A stretch of DNA of 64,000 nt, taken from Verrucomicrobiota bacterium. Lineage in GTDB: Bacteria > Chlamydiota > Chlamydiia > Chlamydiales > JAEYWL01. The stretch spans positions 18,274 to 82,273 of the forward strand of contig JAEYWL010000062.1 of assembly GCA_023428915.1 (NCBI GenBank). The letters run 5' to 3'. The position numbers and the translations under genes are program-made. The notes beneath the pieces are model-generated. The model worked only from the letters and a program-made list of their open reading frames with translations. It had not been told where the DNA came from and did not search any database. Positions 10,184-19,130 of the stretch are shown here, piece after piece. Within the stretch, counting starts at the first letter, position 1; each line of letters starts with the position of its first letter.

Positions 10184-11308
10184 CTACTCTCCTAACACTG
10201 TCAGTCCTTGAGGGACTGGGATGCGAGTTTCTCTTTGCCATTCCTCTATAGCCTTTTGTAATTCTTCTTTCGCTGCTGATTGAGGGGTTTTAGAGGCTGA
10301 AGTAATAGCTGTAATTAGTCGTTGCAAAGCAAGGCTATTTAACTCTGCATTAGGATGCGTTGCAAGATGCTTGCCAATGGCAATACAATCCTCATTGGAA
10401 AAAACTCCTCCTTTATCCTCATTGCGTATTTCCTGGGTAATTACATTGACAAACATATCGGCAAACACAGAGTTGGCATCCCGCTCATTAAAAGTAGCAT
10501 TGGAGAATGCTTTTTTATCCTCTCGCTGCATGGGTGAAAGGAACTGGCTAAAGGCTGCTTTAAAAGCTGGAATATGTTCTTTTTTTCCTGAAAGGATAGC
10601 GGGGTAAAGATCTAGCATCGTTTCTATATGTTTTTTTATCTGCTGTCTTCCCAAAAGTTCTTTGCATTCAGGCTTATTGAGCAATACCGCTGCACGTAAA
10701 ATGACCTGATCTTTTTGCTTCCAGCTTGTGCCTAGCCACTTAATGCGTAAGGAAACTTCAGTGAAGAGGATTTTAAGGGTGTCGATAAATGAAAGGGATT
10801 TAGCAGGCAGACGATATTGATGCTCTTGCAAACTGCCCTCATTACGAGTGGAACGGACATTTTCAAATAAGGAAGGAGGGATGGCGACTGAACTTGGCCT
10901 GGAAAAATTCGGGGCGCGTGCAGGTTTGGCATCCGAGACGGCAAGACCCGGGAAGAGATACTCATTATCTGGGCCCACTACGCGCGCTGTAATTGCTTTT
11001 ATCTCTTTAGGTTGTTTTTCAGGCGGGTTCAAAGTGGGATTAGGCTTTAACTGATACACCGCATCTTTTTTTGGACGTCCCAGCAAGCTCAGTTGATTTT
11101 GTATAAACCCTTTAACTTTTTCGATGTCTGTGTTAGCTGGAGCATATAGGGTAATTTGAAAAACAACGCCATCTGCTCTTCGCATATTAAAGATACGAGA
11201 AGGGCCGCTATCGCATGCTTGCTCAGGTATATCGGTGTTTACAAATTCTGAAAACTCCCCTTTCCCGACGATTTCAGAAAAATCCCCGCTACTAGGCAAT
11301 GAATTCAT
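10184..11308 (-). CDS. hypothetical protein (orphan 2, 374 aa)
   Basis: ORF preceded by AGGAGAG. N-terminus MNSLPSSGDFSEIVGK has no signal peptide. No recognised family. Confidence 0.75.
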   Translation of the reverse strand: MNSLPSSGDFSEIVGKGEFSEFVNTDIPEQACDSGPSRIFNMRRADGVVFQITLYAPANTDIEKVKGFIQNQLSLLGRPKKDAVYQLKPNPTLNPPEKQPKEIKAITARVVGPDNEYLFPGLAVSDAKPARAPNFSRPSSVAIPPSLFENVRSTRNEGSLQEHQYRLPAKSLSFIDTLKILFTEVSLRIKWLGTSWKQKDQVILRAAVLLNKPECKELLGRQQIKKHIETMLDLYPAILSGKKEHIPAFKAAFSQFLSPMQREDKKAFSNATFNERDANSVFADMFVNVITQEIRNEDKGGVFSNEDCIAIGKHLATHPNAELNSLALQRLITAITSASKTPQSAAKEELQKAIEEWQRETRIPVPQGLTVLGE

Positions 11309-11323
11309 AAAATCTCTCCTAGT

Positions 11324-12616
11324 TTAAGAGGCTAAGTAATTTATTAAACCTCTAGCAAAAATTGTTATTGAAGCATTATCATCAAACTTATATTCTTTTA
11401 GGCAATTCTCTACTTCGATTCTAATTTTTTCTAATTCCTTTTTAAAATCTCCTTCATCTGTAAGATTTAAATTTACTGCCATTACTAATTGCTTACTAAC
11501 CTCTGAATAATCAAGTAATTCTTTTTTCAAATCTTCTATAATTAAAGGAGCTTGAAAAGACCAGTCTATGTTTTTCCAAGTAGACTGATCTGAAATCCCC
11601 TGCTGCATAATATCCTCTAGGACATTAAGAGCTAAGAAGCCGTTAAGCTGATTAATATTGGCTTGCTCCTTGATTGAATTGTTGACTGATGTTTTATTTA
11701 ACTTGCCAACTTCGCTAAAAGCATTCTGGCAAACTTCTTCAAGGTGATCCGGAATCTTGAATTGCTCTTTTAATTCTGATAAAATTTGTTTATATCCAGA
11801 TTTATGTTCTTTTATATCGCTTACTAGTTGCTTAATAAGTTCTAAGCCTTTAGGGATTTGACAAATATTATTAATGACTACTAAATCTTTGAGCGTTTTC
11901 TCTTCCCTTTCTTCTTTAGTTTTTGCTGAAGGAGGAGAAATGGAGTAAAAACCTTTTATATTAGATAATAATGCCTGCTTTCTTGCTGCATTGTCGTAAG
12001 GATCATTTGGATCATCCGGCTCTATATACAGGGGGGAGTCAATTTCATTTAGGATAAAAGAATTTTTTCCAAATACTTCTTGGAGCTCCTTGGCTTCTGG
12101 AGAATTCAAGGGTATAGGAGCTTCATTAGTTCCTCTAGCAGCTTTTTTGATAAGCAAAGAGTTATCGAGCAATTTTGTGGCATTCTGTGATGACCGGCTA
12201 AAAAAAACAGCCAAGATATCCTTGCCTTTATTCGTAATAGTAATTTTTAGATGATCTATAAAATTTAAAACTGCTTTTTTTATTGAACGGCTAAATTCCA
12301 AGTGTTCTGTGTCTTTGCTAGTTAACCTTCTTAAGGTCTCCTCTGCTGACTCGTGATTTATTATCGATTTATCCTGTTTTCCCCAAACACGTTTAGATTG
12401 ATTTACTATATTATTAGGTATGCTGGAATTCACGCGCGCCCCTTCTAAAGGAAGAGGGGGATTTTCTTGCGGCTTGGTTAAAATATCTAATGCTTGCTGG
12501 TTATTTTGCTGGAAATCGGGAGCCATGACTTTGTTTTCTATCCCATTTGGTGATTGCAAGTCTGATTGCTGCCCCAAATAGGGATTATTGTCATTTTTAC
12601 CTATTGCAAATCCCAT
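11324..12616 (-). CDS. hypothetical protein (orphan 3, 430 aa)
   Basis: ORF preceded by AAGGGGGG. The Asn/Gln/Ser-rich N-terminus has no signal peptide. No recognised family. Confidence 0.75.
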   Translation of the reverse strand: MGFAIGKNDNNPYLGQQSDLQSPNGIENKVMAPDFQQNNQQALDILTKPQENPPLPLEGARVNSSIPNNIVNQSKRVWGKQDKSIINHESAEETLRRLTSKDTEHLEFSRSIKKAVLNFIDHLKITITNKGKDILAVFFSRSSQNATKLLDNSLLIKKAARGTNEAPIPLNSPEAKELQEVFGKNSFILNEIDSPLYIEPDDPNDPYDNAARKQALLSNIKGFYSISPPSAKTKEEREEKTLKDLVVINNICQIPKGLELIKQLVSDIKEHKSGYKQILSELKEQFKIPDHLEEVCQNAFSEVGKLNKTSVNNSIKEQANINQLNGFLALNVLEDIMQQGISDQSTWKNIDWSFQAPLIIEDLKKELLDYSEVSKQLVMAVNLNLTDEGDFKKELEKIRIEVENCLKEYKFDDNASITIFARGLINYLAS

Positions 12617-12625
12617 GATCCCCCC

Positions 12626-14632
12626 TTATTCTTCCAAGCTGTTTTCTAAGATATAATTGTGCAGCATCCCGAACAGCTTTTTGAGATCATAACTTGCCTC
12701 CACAGATAATTTACGCTCTTCGGCTAAGTCTGCCAACGCATGAACATTGTCGCCAAAGATCCTCTGAAGGTCTGCTTCATCGAACTTTTTATCGTACTGG
12801 AATACGTTGTTGAACAAGGAAAAGACAACATCCTGCGGCACATTGATCTGACGGCGCTTTAGAAAATTTGCCATAAACTCATTGATCAGCCCTTTTTTGA
12901 TTTCAAAAATGACTTTTTGTGCAGCTGGATTAGCTTCAAACTTAAATCCTTGTTCAATTGTCGTAAATAAAGGCACTGGTTGAAGCAGTTGCTGATCTAC
13001 TTGCCTTATATGGTCGGCTAATTGGGAAGTTAATCCTATGTCGAGTAAAGGAGCTTGCACTCCGCCTAATTCCGATGGTTTAATTGCAGCATTCTCCAAT
13101 AGAGAAAATATCGTCTCTAAATTATCTAGAAAATGGACAAATGCCTGAAATTTGGCAGCTACCTGCGGTTGTTCTTTCCTTTGGTTTTCGGCAACCTTGA
13201 CAAGCGCCATCTTAACTTTATGCAGCTCGTCCAAGGAGATCTTCTTACTGTCTGCATGCAGCAGGGTATCTAACAGGTCGGCTAAAAGATTTTCCTGCTC
13301 TAAAGAAACATTTACCCCTAAAGAATTTATGGGAAGGGTCAAATCCGGATTTATCCCCGCCAATTTTTCGTTAGTTTCAATTAAGGTGCTGCGGGTACGC
13401 ACCCAGCTATCCATTACCCTTACAGCCTCTATAAAGGGAAGGTTTACGGAATTCTCGGCAGGAAGAAAATCCAACAGCTCTTGTTTTTTCCGGGTAAGCT
13501 CTGCAAGGGAGAGGGCTTGATGGTTGTGCAAATAAATGAGCACGCTGTTCATGTAAGTTTGCAAGGCTTTCCGTTTAGCAGGTGTATTAAAGATGCCTTG
13601 AAAATGTGCCTGGTCAATTTCCTTGTTGAAGAGCTTAAGATTGGAGAAAGTATCATTGTGAAAATGCCAAAGCTGAGCTACCGAAGCCAGCAACTGCTTA
13701 GCAGCTGGAAATTTCTCTTCCATAACCCCCAAGATTGCCCTTACGGTATTGATCAGGTATTTAACCGAATGGGCCTCGCTGTGCTTGGCATATTTTATTA
13801 GCAAAGTATTTAACACATGCAGATCGGCTACAGAATGCGTGCTTGAAAGTAATTCTTTAAGGACTTCCCCATCGCTTTGATGTCCGGCTAAGCCATTCAA
13901 CCTGTGGGCTGCATTTACAAACTGCGAAGCAATGCTGTTATTAAAAAGAGCGTCGGCAGCCTTTTTAGTGCTTTCATCACCGCTCTGGCTGATTTGCTGG
14001 CGGAGCTCGATCAACTGTGAAATATTGGCTTTAGCTGCGCCGCTGAGCTCCTGATGGCGATCTACGTGTTTTTCAGCTTCGATCAACTCTGAGAATGTTG
14101 CGAATTTAGGATTTTCACTGGCCTGGCGCACTAGCATATAATGCGCCTGGCTTGCAGAATGCAGGCCTGAACTGACTAATTCTTCAGAAACCACACTAGA
14201 TGTGTCACTATGGCTATCTTCCACACTGCTGAAAGAGTCCTCATCGCGCAAGCGCGGCAATTGCGGAGATTCTGATTCAGGCCCCTGCGAAATAAAAAGG
14301 GCGGCTACCTTAGGCACAGAAGTGTCAATAAAGTCCCCTGTAAATTCCCTCTCCCCTTGCCTGCCATTAAATCCGGTTCTGTCGATATTGACTTCATCAA
14401 ATTGCGCTGTATTCTTAACAATTTCCTTTACCACTTCGACTAATTCGGCCATTTTGGCCTTATCTTGCTGCCCAAGTTCGTGCTTGCTGCCTGTTTCATC
14501 TATAAGCGTCGCTTTAAATAGTTCGTTGCCGATCAGGATAAGGCCAGAGTTAGTCACTTCCACAGCAGGGAAATTTTGAGAAGCTGCAGGTTGAGCCACT
14601 GAAGAAAATGAGGAGAAATCTGCATTAGCCAT
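12626..14632 (-). CDS. hypothetical protein (orphan 4, 668 aa), paralog of 14871..16376 in the N-terminal ~75 aa
   Basis: AAGGAG precedes the ATG. The N-terminal block VEVTNSGLILIGNELFKATLIDETG...LVEVVKEIVKNTAQFDEVNI aligns to the neighbouring gene. The remainder looks helical and is unrecognised. Confidence 0.8.
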   Translation of the reverse strand: MANADFSSFSSVAQPAASQNFPAVEVTNSGLILIGNELFKATLIDETGSKHELGQQDKAKMAELVEVVKEIVKNTAQFDEVNIDRTGFNGRQGEREFTGDFIDTSVPKVAALFISQGPESESPQLPRLRDEDSFSSVEDSHSDTSSVVSEELVSSGLHSASQAHYMLVRQASENPKFATFSELIEAEKHVDRHQELSGAAKANISQLIELRQQISQSGDESTKKAADALFNNSIASQFVNAAHRLNGLAGHQSDGEVLKELLSSTHSVADLHVLNTLLIKYAKHSEAHSVKYLINTVRAILGVMEEKFPAAKQLLASVAQLWHFHNDTFSNLKLFNKEIDQAHFQGIFNTPAKRKALQTYMNSVLIYLHNHQALSLAELTRKKQELLDFLPAENSVNLPFIEAVRVMDSWVRTRSTLIETNEKLAGINPDLTLPINSLGVNVSLEQENLLADLLDTLLHADSKKISLDELHKVKMALVKVAENQRKEQPQVAAKFQAFVHFLDNLETIFSLLENAAIKPSELGGVQAPLLDIGLTSQLADHIRQVDQQLLQPVPLFTTIEQGFKFEANPAAQKVIFEIKKGLINEFMANFLKRRQINVPQDVVFSLFNNVFQYDKKFDEADLQRIFGDNVHALADLAEERKLSVEASYDLKKLFGMLHNYILENSLEE

Positions 14633-14656
14633 TTTACACTCCTTAAATTTACTTGC

Positions 14657-14671
14657 TATAATTATTATAAA
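14657..14671 (-). promoter_or_regulatory. shared AT-rich motif TATAATTATTATAAA upstream of orphan 4
   Basis: An identical 15-mer occurs at 16405..16419, at a similar distance upstream of the paralog's start (about 25 vs 29 nt). Confidence 0.35.
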
Positions 14672-14754
14672 ATTAATTTATTAATTATGTAATGTTAATT
14701 TAATAAATAAGAATTATTAGAAGTAAAATAGAAACGATCTCAAAAAAGCCTGAA

Positions 14755-14880
14755 TTAGGCGCGCTTAAATGGACAATAGGGACATCATGGACCATAGAGG
14801 CTTAACATACTAAGCTATAATATCTTATGTCTATATGGTCCCTATAGTCCATGCTGTCCCTATTGTCTATTTAGGCGCCG
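14755..14880. repeat. palindromic intergenic repeat element (GGCGC(G)CTTAAATGGACAATAGGGAC family), copy 1
   Basis: Left arm GGCGCGCTTAAATGGACAATAGGGACATCATGGAC. Reverse complement of right arm GGCGCCTAAATAGACAATAGGGACAGCATGGAC. The right end overlaps the stop codon of 14871..16376. Confidence 0.8.
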
Positions 14881-16376
14881 CTTAAGTTTTCTTGGATCTT
14901 TACTGCAGACTCAAGGCGAGCTGTCATCCTATACAGGATTTTGCTTTCCAGCTCGTTTGGAGGTTTTGAAAATGAACGTTTCAATTTTTCAATGAAATGG
15001 GCAACTTCGCCTGTAATTCCCGTTTGTTTCTTGTTTGCCAAAAATTGTTTGGCAACCGAAACGTAATCATTAAACACCATAAACTGTTCAATAGTATTAA
15101 AGACCTTTAAGAATTCCTCTAAAGAAACTTGGTCGGTATTACTAGTTTCATTTAAGAATTTTAAGTTGTCTTCTAACCTCCCTATGGCACTACTAAGGCT
15201 GGAATCGATGAGCGGCAAAGTTTTGTAGATTTCACGCTGCTCTTGCGGGATTAATTCTTTCAGCTTGCTGCCCTTGGTTGCAACTAAAGCCTTAATTCTG
15301 GCCGCTTTTTCTTCCGGGTGTATCTGCTCATTCAAAATAGCAGTAACTTCGGTTTGCAGTCCTCGTTGAATATCTTCGATGCTTTGCAAAAGTTCCGGAG
15401 CAGGAATATCTGCCGCAGATCTCAAGCTGTTTGTGATCTCTTTAAAACTATGCTTATTCTTATCGCCTCCATGCCGGATTAATAGAGCAGAAAGTTCCTC
15501 AACCTGCTTGACAGCACTTCCTGAATACAAAACTTCCACAGCTGTCTTAATCTCCCTTGGAAAATTTTCATTTTTTACTAAATCATATCTGCCTTTCAGA
15601 GCCATTATCCCATCCCGCACCTCTTGAATAGGTGGTTGATAGGCATGAGTCATCGAAGCTTTAACGGCCTGTTCCTTCTCTATGCCATCCAAAAATGGCT
15701 GTAACGTTTGCGATAAAGGCTGATTTGCTTTGATAAACTCCCTGAGAATTGTTTTAGCTGCAGAAACAGTCATTGAAGAATCAGTATTTTGATTTTCTGA
15801 AATTACTGCTGCATGAATATGAGGTTCAGGTGCGGAAGATCGGGGATGAATATGCAATTGCATAGGTATTAGCTCGTTACGTTCGGTTAGAGGCTGTGCA
15901 AGTGGTTGAGAAACAATAGTATGCGATTGTACATGTGTCAGCTGTGCAACAGAAGAAGGATTTTCTGCTAGGGGTGTGTCAAAATTAGGCATTGAAACAT
16001 TGCGGGCAGCTGCCGCTGTCGTAAAAATTGTCTCTATTTTTTTTGACAGGGCCTCATCATGCTTCCCCTGAGATTTTATTTTCCCCCCTTTTTTTACTTC
16101 AAAACCTGCGGCATTAATTTGCATCTCATCAAAATGGGTAGTGCTCTTCACGATTTCTTTCACCACTTCAACCAGGCCTTCTATTTTGTCTTGGGTCAAT
16201 TCGCTAAGCATTTTGCTATGGCCGCTTTCATCGATAACCGTAGCCCTATAATATTCGTTGCCTATTTTTATCAGCTTGGATTGTGTGACTTCAACTACAG
16301 GAGGTTTAGCAGGCGGGGAAGAGGCTGGGGGCGTGGGAACTCCAGGCATAAAAGGAGGGAATCCAGGATGTGCCAT
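14871..16376 (-). CDS. hypothetical protein (orphan 5, ~501 aa), paralog of 12626..14632 in the N-terminal module
   Basis: Preferred start is the second ATG (16376, MAHPGFPPF...) with GGAGG 4 nt upstream. The block VEVTQSKLIKIGNEYYRATVIDESG...LVEVVKEIVKSTTHFDEMQI aligns to orphan 4. Confidence 0.8.
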   Translation of the reverse strand: MAHPGFPPFMPGVPTPPASSPPAKPPVVEVTQSKLIKIGNEYYRATVIDESGHSKMLSELTQDKIEGLVEVVKEIVKSTTHFDEMQINAAGFEVKKGGKIKSQGKHDEALSKKIETIFTTAAAARNVSMPNFDTPLAENPSSVAQLTHVQSHTIVSQPLAQPLTERNELIPMQLHIHPRSSAPEPHIHAAVISENQNTDSSMTVSAAKTILREFIKANQPLSQTLQPFLDGIEKEQAVKASMTHAYQPPIQEVRDGIMALKGRYDLVKNENFPREIKTAVEVLYSGSAVKQVEELSALLIRHGGDKNKHSFKEITNSLRSAADIPAPELLQSIEDIQRGLQTEVTAILNEQIHPEEKAARIKALVATKGSKLKELIPQEQREIYKTLPLIDSSLSSAIGRLEDNLKFLNETSNTDQVSLEEFLKVFNTIEQFMVFNDYVSVAKQFLANKKQTGITGEVAHFIEKLKRSFSKPPNELESKILYRMTARLESAVKIQENLSGA

Positions 16377-16404
16377 AAAAACCTCCATTGCAATAATTAA
16401 CCTT

Positions 16405-16419
16405 TATAATTATTATAAA
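16405..16419 (-). promoter_or_regulatory. shared AT-rich motif TATAATTATTATAAA upstream of orphan 5 (divergent region with 16484 gene)
   Basis: Identical 15-mer to 14657..14671. Lies in a very AT-rich 107-bp divergent intergenic region. Confidence 0.35.
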
Positions 16420-16483
16420 TTCTATTTATATTTGATTAATATAATTATTAATAATAACAAATAAACTTACATAAGGATTAATA

Positions 16484-17200
16484 ATGGAAACAGTTGGTTT
16501 CAGCCCTAATATCCCAGTAACCGAAGAAAATTCTCCAGATGCGAAAACTCCCCAGGAACCTCATTGGATTACTGCTTTTACTCAAGACGCCCTTGCATTC
16601 AAAACGGAAGAGAGAATGGCTGCTATGGGAAAAAAAATAACGGAAGTAGTCCCCATTGAGAACATTACCATTCCTTCTTTTCAAACTCATACCATGGTTG
16701 GTTGGGATGCCGGCAAAGTAGTCGATGTAACCCAGCAGCCTCCTCTGTATACAAAAGAAATTGGGCCTTGTATTGGGATTTTAGCCAGACTGTTTGAAGG
16801 CGAAACTGTTACCCACACAGCCTTGCATCATGTATTTTGTAATCCGGAAGAGCTAAAAAACACTCTAAAAACCTTAATCGAAAAAACAAAAGAAGGAACA
16901 ATTGAATTTTTTATTACAGGTGGAGATGCTAGTTCTATCGGCAACTATAACAAAGTCATAAAGATTATCGAAAAACTTCGCGCAGAACACCTAAGTGTAA
17001 ACATGATTATACAAGAAGATCTCTTTAGGATAGCAGATCTGGGTCTGCCTTGTAAACTAACCCTGGATAACATGCTATATCGCGAATCATGCGGGTTGCA
17101 GTTTGCGGGTTTTGATGAGCAACATCGCCCCTATCAGATAGTTGATGTAAGCAGCGACCGTCCTTGTAAAGAAGAAAATTTTACCAGGGTTTGGCACTAA
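16484..17200 (+). CDS. hypothetical protein with CheD-like (Cys/His deamidase-fold) sequence pattern
   Basis: YTKEIGPCIGILARLFEGETVTHTALHHVF, then EFFITGGDASSIGNYNKVIKIIEKL. This resembles the CheD pattern T-x5-C...H, then GG...IGxRN. Remote similarity judged by eye only. Confidence 0.35.
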   Translation: METVGFSPNIPVTEENSPDAKTPQEPHWITAFTQDALAFKTEERMAAMGKKITEVVPIENITIPSFQTHTMVGWDAGKVVDVTQQPPLYTKEIGPCIGILARLFEGETVTHTALHHVFCNPEELKNTLKTLIEKTKEGTIEFFITGGDASSIGNYNKVIKIIEKLRAEHLSVNMIIQEDLFRIADLGLPCKLTLDNMLYRESCGLQFAGFDEQHRPYQIVDVSSDRPCKEENFTRVWH

Positions 17201-17262
17201 TTAGATTTTCTTTAGAGAAAAGAGCAAAAAATTTAGTATGCACATGCACATAGGAGATTGCA

Positions 17263-19059
17263 TTGTTTACCGGGCTCTTTTTTCTACTTCTGCTTTTGCT
17301 GATTATTGGCTCAACGCCTGACCAGATCCAAAATACTTGGGAAAACTATCCTAAAGAAGCTTTTGCTGCAGGAATGGCCCTTTATGGCGCTGTCCTGCTG
17401 CTGATTATTTTACAAAACCTTATCTGGCGCGCCAGGGGAAGAACGGCCCCCGCCTGGATGGAATACGTCGCCAATATCGAATTGCTCATCTTTTTTACCT
17501 GCTTCAATTTATATCTAAATTCCCCGCGCTGGCTTGCAGGTTCTGTTATGCAGAATTCTTCCCAGCTGGTTTTGGGAATTTTAAATCTTAGCCTATATTT
17601 CATAGCTTTATTTCTGCACCACGCCACTTCCCAACTGGTCTATGGCTGGCGATTGGGAGTTAAAAAAGCAAAACGGCAATTTATTTTAGTTGTCCCCTTT
17701 ATACTTCCTTTCCTGCTGTTTGCCTTCCTGGTAGATTTGGTGGGTATTATCCCCACGAATCCCCATATCGATACCAATTGGCTCAACACCGGGTTGTTTC
17801 TGGCCTTATTGCTGCTGCTGCTGCTTTGCATGCTATTTTTACCCATCATAGTGACGAGTATTTGGAAGTGTGCGCCATTAAAAGAGGGTGTTCTTAAAGA
17901 ACGGCTCGATGCCATTTGCCGGAAAGCCAATTTTAGGCATGGAGGGATGCAAGTTTGGGGCGCTATGGAAGGCGGCTATACGGCAGCAATTATTGGACTT
18001 TTGCCCAATTACCGCTATGTGATGTTCACCAGGAATTTGCTGCACACTTTTCCGCAAGAAGAAGTTGAGGCTATTTTAGCCCATGAAATCGGGCATAACA
18101 AACATCGCCACCTATGGCTTTATCCATTGATATTCTTAGGACTCATAGTGCTTCTTGAGCTATTCTGGCAATTAATGGGTTTGCCGCTTACCAACTATAT
18201 CCAGCTATTAAACCTGATCGCGACTCCCAGCTACACTGATATTTTACAGCCGCTGCTTATAGTACTGCCCTATGTCGTGATAGGTGGGCTCTATTTTCGC
18301 TTTGTCTTCGGCTTTTTTTCCCGCTTATTCGAAAGGCAAGCAGACCTGTCAGTACTGGAATTGGGTTTGCCGGCTGAACCTTTAGCATCGGCTTTAGACC
18401 GTATTGGGCTGCTTTCAGGCGGCACTCACGAGCAGCCTAATTGGCACCATTATAGCCTGGCCCGGCGGATCCGCACGGTGCTGCGAGCAGCGGCGCAGCC
18501 TGAAATGATCCGGCGGCAGCGCACCAAAGTGATCACTTGCACCCTTCTCTATAGCGTTCTCTTATTTTTGGGGTCTATGTGGGTGATGGCGCCCTACTTT
18601 CCCGGCATGCCCTTTTTTAAGAACATAAGCAGCCAGACCGCAAAAATGAGTGAACGGATCGACACTTGGCTGAACACCCCCTACCGTTTAGAATTTGCAG
18701 AGCACTACGCTGCGCAAAACGAGCTGCCGGCGCCAAAAGACACTGTAATTCAAGCTGTGGCCGCGGCCCTTAAACAAAGCGGCAGTAAGGAACAGCCGGG
18801 CATATTGGAATTCTACAGTGCGCAAAACCTTTACAATGCAGGTGAATATGCCTCAAGCGGATATCTAATGACAGATCTTTGGAGCCATATTTCAGAGCGC
18901 GAAATCAATCCTGTTCTAGGGCGCGAGTACCGCCGTTTGACGATTAAAATCCTCAATAAACTCTCCGGTAGCCGGCAAGATGAGCAGTTGCGCGCCAGCC
19001 TGGCAGATGCTATCTTAAGTGCAAAACGCAATGAAACTATTTATCAAAACGATGACTAA
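17263..19059 (+). CDS. M48-family zinc metalloprotease, integral membrane
   Basis: HEIGHNKHRH (HExxH) motif and many hydrophobic helices. TTG start with AGGAGA 5 nt upstream. Confidence 0.75.
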   Translation: MFTGLFFLLLLLLIIGSTPDQIQNTWENYPKEAFAAGMALYGAVLLLIILQNLIWRARGRTAPAWMEYVANIELLIFFTCFNLYLNSPRWLAGSVMQNSSQLVLGILNLSLYFIALFLHHATSQLVYGWRLGVKKAKRQFILVVPFILPFLLFAFLVDLVGIIPTNPHIDTNWLNTGLFLALLLLLLLCMLFLPIIVTSIWKCAPLKEGVLKERLDAICRKANFRHGGMQVWGAMEGGYTAAIIGLLPNYRYVMFTRNLLHTFPQEEVEAILAHEIGHNKHRHLWLYPLIFLGLIVLLELFWQLMGLPLTNYIQLLNLIATPSYTDILQPLLIVLPYVVIGGLYFRFVFGFFSRLFERQADLSVLELGLPAEPLASALDRIGLLSGGTHEQPNWHHYSLARRIRTVLRAAAQPEMIRRQRTKVITCTLLYSVLLFLGSMWVMAPYFPGMPFFKNISSQTAKMSERIDTWLNTPYRLEFAEHYAAQNELPAPKDTVIQAVAAALKQSGSKEQPGILEFYSAQNLYNAGEYASSGYLMTDLWSHISEREINPVLGREYRRLTIKILNKLSGSRQDEQLRASLADAILSAKRNETIYQNDD

Positions 19060-19130
19060 AAAAGTCTATTGAAAACCGTAGGCCTAATCCCTATGATGCA
19101 AACTTGGAACATGAAAAGGAGTAACGAAAA

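Noticed and set aside
13152-16400. Plus-strand ORFs 13152..13520, 13481..13801, 14202..14579, 15379..15627 and 16059..16400
   Set aside because: All are antisense to the long minus-strand orphan genes, which have SD motifs and paralogous conservation. The plus-strand ORFs have no start context.
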